A stretch of 64,000 nucleotides of DNA, from NCBI GenBank assembly GCA_964016885.1, contig OZ024742.1:149606001-149670000 (forward strand), written 5' to 3'. Below, in pieces: positions 52,901 through 64,000 of this stretch (within the stretch, counting starts at the first letter, position 1; every line of letters begins with the position of its first letter). The notes under the pieces were generated by a model. That model ran no database searches, was not told where the DNA came from, and worked only from the letters and a program-made list of their open reading frames with translations. A program made the position numbers and the translations under genes. The stretch is from Eledone cirrhosa (taxonomy: Eukaryota).

Positions 52901-54069
52901 AATCTAAGAGGGTTAGGCCCAGCAGCCATGGCTAAATTAAACATTAATAAATAAAATAAGCACAGGGTTAGGCCATCAAGAGAAATGGTGCACCATTTTA
53001 TTAAAATTAAATGTATTTGTCATTTGCCCCAAAAAGTTTTGCAGACTTTATATATTGATGGCACTATAATCTATTAAGTGCTTAAGGTCTCAAAAAGACT
53101 TAATCTGACCCTGATGGTAGCACTTACTCCCCTTCAAGTTTTCATGTACATACTTCAATTTGAACTTAGTATTGTAACTTTACGAAACAATATCTAGACT
53201 GCGGAATATATCTGCTTACATCAGGTAATGGCATATCTACATGGTGTTTACTTACTACTAAGTGAACTGAGCTATTGAGAATAAATTGTCTTTACCAGAG
53301 ATTGTGCAGTGCTAATAGTATGACATCACATCATAACCTTGAACCTTTGATTGAGGATACTGGTCTCCTATAAACTAGACCAGCAATGTTATTTGTGATT
53401 AAGTTTACTAACTTATTAATTAAATTGTCAAAAAAAATGGAAACTTTTATATCTAGTATTAAATTTTCTAAACAATTTTTGAAAAATACTTTAATTTTAT
53501 TAATGTAGTTATTCTGTTAATTGGAATTTGAACCAATTTACCTCTGTATTTGTTTTAATAAAACAAATATTCACACAAAGTTACAATGTAGTTTTAGATT
53601 TAAAAACAAAGATGGGTTGATCTTGGCTAGAACATGTGGCTATTAGTACTGGAAGAATGAAAGAAAAAATAAAATACAGTATTTCAATTCAGATCATAGA
53701 GAGACAAAAGTAAATATTATCAGACACCATTCTGTCTCTCACTGACTTCAGTTTAATAAATGTTGGTATCAAAAGAGTTAAAATGAATAAATATGTAAAT
53801 AAACAAATAAATATTCCCTGTTTTCAAGTCAGTCTAGTATTTCCCCTTTTATCTTGACTTCTATGATAGGTCAAGACAAAACTTATTGATTAACTATAAA
53901 AGTTTCAGAATCCATCTAAAATAGTGTTTTGTTTCCTAATTAGTTTGTGAGTGAATTTCTTTGCTGACGTTTGTAATGTTTTATTTTTTACGCAATTCAT
54001 TGTTTTTTTTTATAATTTCCATAGCCATGTGTAACATGGCCTGTACCTAAATATACAATGTATGTATAT

Positions 54070-54115
<46 letters not shown>

Positions 54116-54169
54116 AGTAATTCAGTTTTGTATTCTAAATGACATAGTATCTAAGTACGATATTATATA

Positions 54170-54560
54170 CGAGGGCAATCCCAAAAGTAAGGTCTCCTTC
54201 CGATATTGCAACTTTTCCGTTAAAATCCTGTCGATGGTGCTTCGGGAAACCTCAGGAACCAAAATGCAGAGAGTATCCAGAGTGATCCGCCAACTTTATG
54301 CATGTTTCCCTCGGAAGGAGACCTTACTTTTGGGATTGCCCTCTATATAATAACTGCACGAAATTCGCACTTGGCGGTAGCGTTCAACAGGAGCTCCATT
54401 CTCAATGGCTGCCAAGTCAAGATTGAGCATCCCAGCGAAGCGTGCGCATGCTTGTTTGGGAGTGAAGGAAGCACCAATCACAACAGTGTTGTCAACAGCC
54501 ATATGAACAGTTTCTCTGCGTCCCCATCGCTTTAGAGACCTTACTTTTGGGATTACCCTC
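54170..54560 (-). mobile_element. Compound Tc1/mariner MITE with three TIRs and a transposase N-terminal stub
   Basis: 33-bp perfect TIR pair 54171-54203 / 54311-54343 (GAGGGCAATCCCAAAAGTAAGGTCTC...); third TIR 54535-54560; TA-rich flanks; minus-strand MELLLNATAKCEFRAVI from 54399 resembles a mariner transposase start. Confidence 0.8.
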
Positions 54561-56514
54561 ATATATATATAAATTCAGTTTTGTATTTTATATGACATAG
54601 TATATCTCTTAAGACATGTTAGTTAAGTAAATTCGGTTTTGTTTTGTCTCTTTAATTGATTAATTCAATTTACTAAAACAAATATGTCTGTAATGCAGTC
54701 CCATAGCCAATGAGGTTATCACAAACTATGGTTATTGTTAATTGTAAGAACAGTATAAGATATGATAACCAAAATGACCATTTTTTTCCCTAAGAATAGT
54801 GTCCCTCTCTTTTGTCATCCCATTTGTTAACAGCATGGCCTCAGCCGGATGGCTGAAACAGGTAAAAGAGTAAAAGAGTATTCAAGTGCCTAAAACCATT
54901 GTTTTTTGTACTTTTGCCCCAAATAAAGCATGCATGCACATCAACTTAAGGTAAATTATCTGTCTGTTTCAAAATTCTGTGCTTAGTTATGCACACTTAG
55001 TCTAGACAAATTGGAGCTACATTATATTAGTGAAGAATTTGGCATATCCTGTCTCTTCTGTAACCACCATTATGATTTTGAAACATTCAAAGCCGGATGG
55101 AATAATAAACATAATGCAACATTTTCCGTCTTCTACACAGTATCCCACCGGACAGATCATTGCATCAAAGTGTATCCACCATGGTTTCAGATAAGACAAC
55201 AAGAGTGCCAGGCAAGGCAACAAGAGTAACTCTGTGGTTGCCTGACAGCTCTAGAAATAGCATCCTATTATCTCTCAAATCGCACTCTACTGTCCTCTAT
55301 CATCCTAAAATCAAGTCTAAATCAAGGAAGGATATATTATACAATAAAGTCCTAGATACAAAAAATGACAGATTGATCATAGCTGAAACACAGATCATAA
55401 GTCTACTCAGTCAAGCTGACTTGGAGCTAAATAACAAGAGTGAAACTTAGCATGTGGAGCATGATTGCTCTTACTGGCCACCTTGCTCAAAAAGTTGATT
55501 TTCTACCTGAGTGAATGGTCTATTTGATTGGAGCTGGCTTGTACAAATTAACAAAGATATTCTGAAAGAACTGAGGATTGTATAAAAATGATTCTTTGAA
55601 GAGTTGATTTATATAACAATACTCATTTCTTCTCATTATTGTCTTTGTTAATCCTTCTCAAGTGTCAAATTAGTTTTAGGGTGATTTTTTTTTAACAGCT
55701 CCAAATTCTGCAGATTTATTTCAGATTTGTAACTTATGTTAGTATGGAATATGGCACTTGATGTGGTGGTATTGGATATCCAGCTCAGACCAGATTTTGA
55801 GGGGACTTAATTACCTCAATTTCGTATTCTTTTATTCTGTTTTGTTACTTGTATATATATTTATGCATGAATATATATATATATATATATATATACCCAT
55901 AATTCATGCATAAATCATATGCATTTAGCATGGTTTACAAAAATACTTAATGAGCATTTTGCAATGGGGTCTATTTTTCATATGAAGCATGGGCTTATTA
56001 ACCAGCTTTGGTGACATAGATTTTATACCTGACCTTGACCTATTACCTGCTTTGCAAAGGCCTTGGAAACACATTACAATTAAATGTGCTGTTCTGCAAG
56101 GAATTCTAGCTTTTTATTAGTATCCCTTTATTCAACATTAAATTTCAGCTAAAACAAGAGCTAATGCACCTGCTTCAAACCAACTCTGAAAATATCAGAA
56201 TATGAGTAAAAGAAACATTAGTGGATTATCATTAAAATGAGTTGAATATTATAGAAATACTAAATTTTGATATTTTAGATCTGATACCTAGTTTAAGTGT
56301 GAATTCTGTGAAATAAATTAATCCTGTATTTCATGAAAGACATTATTTTTTTCAGTTCTTTAATAAATAAATTTTCTAGTCTCTTTTAGTCATGTAATAT
56401 ATATTTGTAATATATATATATATATATGAATAGTATATTTGGCAATATACTGTATGCTTCATACAGTATATTGCCAATTTCATCGCTATTTCAGAGCACC
56501 AATCCTAATTTTCA

Positions 56515-57476
<962 letters not shown>

Positions 57477-57489
57477 ATATATATATATT

Positions 57490-57600
<111 letters not shown>

Positions 57601-57606
57601 TTACAA

Positions 57607-57661
<55 letters not shown>

Positions 57662-57876
57662 TGAACACATAGAACTATGTTGCCTTACTTAAGAAATAAA
57701 AACTTTAAGTTAACTTATTTTCCAGTTAACAATATATAAGATTTTTGTATATGACTTTGATAAGTCACCTGAAGCCTTTTACTTTGATCAATGCATTAGT
57801 TAAAGTTAGCTGTGATATAACCTTTGAATAAGCAAACTAAAAAACAAACAAACATTGTTCTACTTTGATTCTACAG

Positions 57877-57918
57877 GATGAAGGTGTTGCAGAAGAACGC
57901 AGACAGAGAGAAGCAGAG
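57877..57918 (+). CDS. Coding exon (DEGVAEERRQREAE), phase 0-0, 42 nt
   Basis: ttctacag acceptor, GAG|gtttgt donor, E/R-rich peptide. Confidence 0.85.
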
Positions 57919-60207
57919 GTTTGTTTTTGGCTGTTTAGATATGCTGTGAAACACATTCTAGCCTAGACCTTATATTTCCTCCAGACAATGAACATTTCAT
58001 AATGGTTTTCTTTATTTATGGTCACCCCTTACTGCTAAGTACAGCTCAACAAAACAATGGAAGAGAGTTTTTAAAATATTTTCATAACCTTTTGAATTTA
58101 TGCTTTTAATTAATCAACTAATCAATATTTATCCCATGTAGACAGCACAATGCTAGAGTGAGTGAATTACAAAATATATTTTATATACAAATATATATAT
58201 TAAAGAGGTAGAAACCTGACCACAAGACCTGCAGTTTCAGGTTTTTTCTCAGTCTTTTCACTGCAGACACTCCTTATAAATATGTATATAACCAAGGACA
58301 GAGGAGCATTGCCTATGATTATTTTCAGGGCCTCTCCCAAGGGAAGGAGAAAGGCATCCTCCAACTGAAGACCTAACCGGAATACTTGCAACAAAGTGGA
58401 CTACCCTTAAAAGCACCTAAATGCCATGTGGTGGTGTTGGGGTTAGGGTTAGATTCAGTCGAACATCCAAGAACTGGGTGAGCAATTAAGTTAGTCTAAT
58501 TCTGATTTCAAATCTTTATTGGAGGTTGTGATCTTTTATCCTCACTTATTCAATAAAGAAATTACCAGCAATATCTTGAGTCACTTCAATTCAATATGGT
58601 GTTGTGTCATATTGAAAGAAACCTATATCTATTTATTTCATATGAGTGCATTAGACTCTTTCATAATGATGGCTATGTAGGGTATATATTATCTAATATA
58701 TCATTCTAAGGCAGGGAGAGACAATATGGGGTCTATGAATATCTGATAGCCTTCCTAAAAAAAATAACAAATAAACATTTTACACTGTTGGGTGTCAATT
58801 GTATCCACAACCGGTTGGTCATCTTACCACTACACACTAAACTGAAGCAAGTGACAAGCCCTTGGCCAGACCAACAGAGTAGAGCTTTTTGTAGCATGAT
58901 ACAGTGTTTTAATGAAAACTTGGATTTATGATCAGCTGGTCCATTATATATTTCAGAGTATACAATGCCATAATCAAGGGGTAAAACCATTACATATATG
59001 AAAATGTTCATTGCAAATTTCTACCCTCTTTCTATCTTCTGTATATTCTATTATTTTTCTTTCTTCTTTCTTTCAATGGATCACTAATCTGTTATTTGGT
59101 CAGACCTATCTTCAACTTGAGCAAATTGGGGATGGAGTAAATATTTTAAATCTGAAGTGAATTATGAAATAGTCTGATAAATTGAAAAGTAGTCAGTTGA
59201 GAACAATCTAGCAAGACAACTGATTCAGTTGAAATTTGTTGTTTTATAATCAGTATATGAATAATTTAGTTTTAACTTCTAATTAAGAGACTTGTAAGTC
59301 TTCATAAGTTTTGCTTAAAATGATTCAGTTGTGTAATCTGCTGTTATGGCTGAAGCCAATATGTGTATAAAACTTTGAAGCAAATGAATATCAAAACAGT
59401 AATCATTAAGAAAGGGTGAAGTAATATAAGATTGGATGGGAGAACAATGGGAAGTTGTAACGTTTTTCCTCTAAGTTCTATTTTAGACTTATTGATTTGA
59501 AAATCATTTCTCATGACTTGTCAATAAAACATTTTCTGTGAGTGAAAACAACTCTGTGTAAGATTGTTTAATATCAGACAAATTTATAGTTTATCTGATA
59601 GAACTGCCTTGTTGCCTCTATATCAAACAGGGAGTCATGAGTGTTTGAACGAAATCAAGGGTTACTTTTATGAATGCTTAAGTTAGTTATTATATCAGAC
59701 AGACTAGCTGCTACGTCTCAGAAAAATTATCGGACAGTTGCTACTCTGTTTCTAAATAGAATAATAGAAAAAAAAACAAAAAAAAAACAGACCAGCTGTT
59801 ACTCTGTAAAAGCTAGGGGCCATAAATCTAGGAATACTTTACTAATTTCCTTTTTTTATGTGTGTGGGTGTATTCGCACTCAGTCTTCCTAGAATTGTTT
59901 GAACTTTTTCCAATTTTTCCTCCTCCTCTTCCAGGTTTGGTCTCTGATTGCACCAGCATCTACCTATATTCACATCCTTTAATTCTATCATGCATTTATC
60001 TTTCTTTTCTTCCAGGTGTAAGACTTGCTCCTTCCCTATCTTCCTCTTTTTCTCTCTCTCCCTCTCTCTCTTCTATTGTATTGTCCATTTCCCATTCCTT
60101 TTGCACTTCCATTTTTCTTTTGCATGAACCTTATTATCACTTAGTTCTATCTATATCCACCTCTTTCTTGATTTAGAAGCAAAGTTTATATAGATACACA
60201 TGTACAT

Positions 60208-60276
<69 letters not shown>

Positions 60277-60941
60277 GCATTGCTCAGTTTCTAGCAGCTG
60301 TGTAATGTTCTTTTATGTTATATTAAGGAAATTTGTTTAATTACACAGCACTTGTATTTTTCCTCCAATTTTTCTTCCAGATGTGATTTTATTTACACAC
60401 TCCTCTCCCTCTCTCTCCACTTTTCTTTGCATGAATTTCATAGCTATTGTTATTACAAACTAGACGAAGTTTTGCCTTTTTGAATTCTAGCTGTAGTGAT
60501 ATTTCTCTTACAATCTACTTATATTTCTCTGTCAGTCTATTAATAAAGTCTATCTTCTACCTTTGTCTACTGAAATTACAGACAATGAAAGCACATGGCC
60601 CTGTAGATTTGGATTTATGCTCTTTACAAATGTAATAATGGTAAAACTCTAGCACACACACACTCACAAACAAACAAACATTATTTTCTGATTTTCATAC
60701 TGTTAAACTGTTAGTTATTCAGCTAAACCTTTCACACCGTGTTATGATAATTCTACCCCAGAATCACAATAAAAATACAAATGTTTGTGGAATACTCAGC
60801 CACATTTGTTACTATTCAATGTGTGGATAGTACAGTTGCTTAAACTAGAATATTCACTGTTGAAATTGTTGAGATCCATTTGCTTTATTTAACTTAAAGA
60901 GATGTTTCTCTGTTTGCTGTATTATAAAGTTTTTTTGTGAA

Positions 60942-61290
60942 GGGCAGTGGATTGGCAGAGTCGTTAGAACATCAGACAAATTCATAGCAGTATTTTTCTG
61001 GTTCTTTACATTCTGAATTCAAATCACATCATGGTTAACTTTACCTTTCAACCTTTTTGGGTCGATAAAATAAGGTACCATTCAAGTAGATTTAATTGAC
61101 TTTCCTCTCCTCAAATTTTCTGACCAAAGTCTTAATGATTTTTTTTACATTCTTAAATAAAATCCCACTGAAGTCAACCTTGTCTTTTATCCTTCCAAGG
61201 TTGATAAAATAAAGCTCCTGTCAAATGCTGGGGTCAATATAATCAATTGTCCTTTCCTATGAAATTCCTTGCCTTACTTAGAAACTATTG
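60942..61290 (+). mobile_element. Two tandem SINE family A copies just upstream of exon 61380
   Basis: Head GTGGATTGGCAGAGTCG and the core twice. Further copies at 62465-62625 and 63225-63385. Confidence 0.8.
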
Positions 61291-61379
61291 TTATTAAGTT
61301 TCAGTATTTAATTGCTACCCTAGGATGCATTGTTATGTTTATCTTTAACTAAAACTCTGCTACTTCTTTGTTTTCGCAG

Positions 61380-61463
61380 GAATCTGCTGCTGCCGCTGCT
61401 GCAGCTGAAGCTGCTGCTGCAGCTGCTGCGGCTGAAGCAGAAAAGAGGCGACAAGAAGATGAG
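61380..61463 (+). CDS. Coding exon (ES-A7-E-A8-EAEKRRQEDE), phase 0-0, 84 nt
   Basis: ttttcgcag acceptor, GAG|gttagt donor; poly-Ala encoded by mixed GCT/GCC/GCA/GCG codons. Confidence 0.9.
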
Positions 61464-62979
61464 GTTAGTATTGTTCTTGTTTAGGTGGGGTTGATAAAGT
61501 AATACTAATCAAGTACTTCATATTGTCAAAAAAATATGGGAGAACAATAAAATACAATCATGGCATATTAATGCAATGCTTGATATAGTTAGAAGAAAAA
61601 ATCTTTTGGATACTAGTCCTTCATCAAAAGGCATAATGAGAGAAGAGACGATGTTTGGGAAAAAAGAAGAAAAAAAGTAAAAAAAGGTGTATCTGTGTAT
61701 CCAATACACTCTGTAAAGTGATTGGTGATATGAAGGGCATCCTGCCATAGAAAAACCTACTAAACAAATAGAAAGGAAGATAGATTGCTTGTTCCAGTGA
61801 AAATTAGGGTTAGTTAGTCTGTCAAATAGATTAGTTGGTATCCTGTTGAGAAACTAGGGTTAATTCATATAAAACAGTTGATAGCTCAAAAAGGACTAAG
61901 TTTAGTATACCAGATTTGCACTAGTTTACGAGAGTTTACACCTGATCGATTAATTTAACTCTGAAGGTTTGTTGCATACCAAAATAGGTTATTGACAAAT
62001 AGAATAATTGGTTCATGTTGAGCATAATTCTTATATTAACATTTTGTAAGGTGAAGTTGGGTACATCTGATCATTTCTAATACTCTGAGAAAATAGGAAA
62101 AAGGAGTAAATAGATATTAATGATAAAATAATGAAGTAATTTATGAGGATGATAGCAAGCACCATAAGTGTATCAGTAGTGGAGCTAATACAACAGGGGG
62201 TCTCATCAATTAAAAATTCCCCTCCAGGGTTTTACTAATATTATTATCATAGTATTAGATATTATTTTAAGAAGGAACAGCTGTTTTTAGATAAATAAAA
62301 ATAATATAGCTAAAAAAAAAATCACATTATTTCCAGTTTCTGAACGATGGTGTTATTGAGGTTATGAGATTTTACTCAGGTATTCTTTACTGGTTTCAGT
62401 TGTAATTTAGCCGTGCTGAGTTACTGCTTTCAAAGGTTTTTGTTGATCATATTAACTCCAGATAGGCGGAAAATTGGCAGAGTTGTTGAAATGTTCGTTA
62501 AAGTGTTTTGCGGTATTTGTTTCAGCTCTCTGCCCTCTGAGTTTAAATTCCACTGAGGTCAACTTTGCCTTTCATCCATTTGAGGTTGAGAGAAAAAGTA
62601 CTAGTCAAGTACTGGGGTCAATTCTTCCTCTCTATCTCTTCTCACGTCTATTCTCTCACTCTCTATCCTTCTCCAGAGGAAATCTGCTGTATTCAAACAT
62701 AGAGAGGAGTTAGGCTCTGCTAAGTTTTAAAATGCTCTTGAAATGCTGTGTGTAAATACAGCACCACTACAACTCCTCGGGAGTTACAGGATCATGCATG
62801 CATGAATGCATTAACCCCAGCTCTTATTGCCATCTGGTACTTATTTAATCAATCGATATCTATGGCTGAGTGAACATTGGCATGGCTGAGTGATTAAGAA
62901 ATGTGCTTCACAATCATGATGTTATGGGTTCAATCTCACTAGGTGATATCTTTGACAAGTGTCTTTACTATAGGCTCAG

Positions 62980-63182
62980 GTTGTTATGGTGATGTTGGCC
63001 TGTTTGAGGTGGTGGTTATGGTGGTGGTGGCCTGGTTGAGGTGGTGGTTATGGTGGTGTTGGCCTGGTTAAGGTAGTTTTGGCCTGGTTAAGGTGATGGT
63101 TATGAGGGTATTGATCTGGTTAAGGTGATGGTTATGAGAATATTGGCTTGGTTGAGATAGTGGTTATGGTGGTGTTGACCTG
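62980..63182. repeat. GGT-rich minisatellite (~33-bp unit)
   Basis: Repeated ggttatggtggtgttggcctggttgaggt variants. Confidence 0.85.
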
Positions 63183-63504
63183 AGAACATTATTTTCATTA
63201 TTTTTAATGGAATCATTTGAGCATTGAATAAAATGTTTTGTAGCATTTAGTTATGGTTCTTTATGCTCGCTCGGAATTCAAATTTCACGGAGGTCAACGT
63301 TGCCTTTCATCATTCTGGGGTCAATAAAATAAAATACTAGTAAAATACTTGGGTCAATATAATTGATTTGCTTCTCTACCAAATTATATATATAAAAGCA
63401 ATGAAACAATATATCTCTAACAGTCAACTGATGAGATGGGACTGTCTGTATTCATTCATTTCCCTGCCTTCATCTATATATTTTATATATATATAAATAT
63501 ATAT

Positions 63505-63807
63505 AAGTAAGTATGTTTTGAAACAGTGAGCAGGTTTGAAATTAGAAAATAGAATAGCTTTCACCGTATTTTTGACTAAAGAAATTTTAGTCTGATAATG
63601 GGGTTTAGAACCCTCAGATAAATGGAAAAAGATGAGTATTGACGTACATGGGAGTCAAACCCACATCTTTGGATACTCATCTTTTTCCATTTATCTGAGG
63701 GTTCTAAACCCCATTATCAGACTAAAATTTCTTTAGTCAAAAATACGGTGAAAGCTATTCTATTTTCTAATTTCAAACCTGCTCACTGTTTCAAAACATA
63801 CTTACTT
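63505..63807. repeat. Perfect 135-bp inverted repeat with 33-bp spacer
   Basis: 63505-63639 is the reverse complement of 63673-63807; the spacer is the inverted 3' half of the tRNA-like head; a third copy starts at 63933. Confidence 0.95.
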
Positions 63808-63861
63808 GTCATTTATACTCGCTAAGAATGTAGCTTCTAATTTGAATGGAAGGAGATGGGT

Positions 63862-63932
63862 GATGTGTTGGTGTAATAGTAGCACAGTGGTCTGGATAAC
63901 CAAAGATGTGGGTTTGACTCCCATGTACGTCA
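63862..63932 (+). tRNA. tRNA-like cloverleaf (SINE head or tRNA pseudogene; nominal anticodon GGA)
   Basis: Acceptor GATGTGT/GTACGTC; D stem GTGT/GCAC; anticodon stem TGGT/ACCA around loop CTGGATA; T stem GTGGG/CCCAT with loop TTTGACT; A- and B-box-like motifs. Non-canonical T37 and T-loop argue against a functional tRNA. Confidence 0.55.
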
Positions 63933-64000
63933 ATACTCATCTTTTTCCATTTATCTGAGGGTTCTAAACCCCATTATCAGACTAAAATTTTTTTAGTCAA

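Noticed and set aside
63798-63808. ATACTTACTTG resembling the U1 snRNA 5' end
   Set aside because: Only 11 nt with a mismatch and no U1 stem-loops following; better explained as part of the repeat body.

Overview
AT-rich eukaryotic genomic DNA, dense in microsatellites and SINEs. The repeat families (tRNA-headed Meta-domain and OR-like SINEs, RTE/CR1/R4 LINE relics) suggest an octopod cephalopod; this is inferred, not database-checked. Almost all ORF-track entries are microsatellite or repeat noise. The main gene is on the + strand, starts at ATG 18977 and runs off the right end of the window. Seven small phase-compatible exons over about 42 kb splice into a 145-aa Glu/Arg-rich N-terminus (MSSLEERREARRRKRMQEESE...) resembling the N-terminal extension of molluscan troponin I (caldesmon-like is the alternative). 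It has a GC-AG intron and candidate alternative exons. A second, less certain multi-exon gene end lies at about 4.4-9.7 kb. Mobile DNA includes a non-autonomous Helitron, a compound mariner MITE, a piggyBac-like MITE and several LINE fragments. Three structures stand out. (1) A 736-bp insert in a (TA)n tract at 56741-57476 is a 1.25-mer of a 591-bp unit carrying a type I hammerhead ribozyme fold with a compensatory U3-A8 core, i.e. a retrozyme/Penelope-like circular-RNA element; several decayed hammerheads occur elsewhere. (2) A young tRNA-cloverleaf-headed repeat forms a perfect 135-bp hairpin at 63505-63807. (3) A perfect 52-bp inverted repeat starts at the 5' junction of a CR1 LINE.
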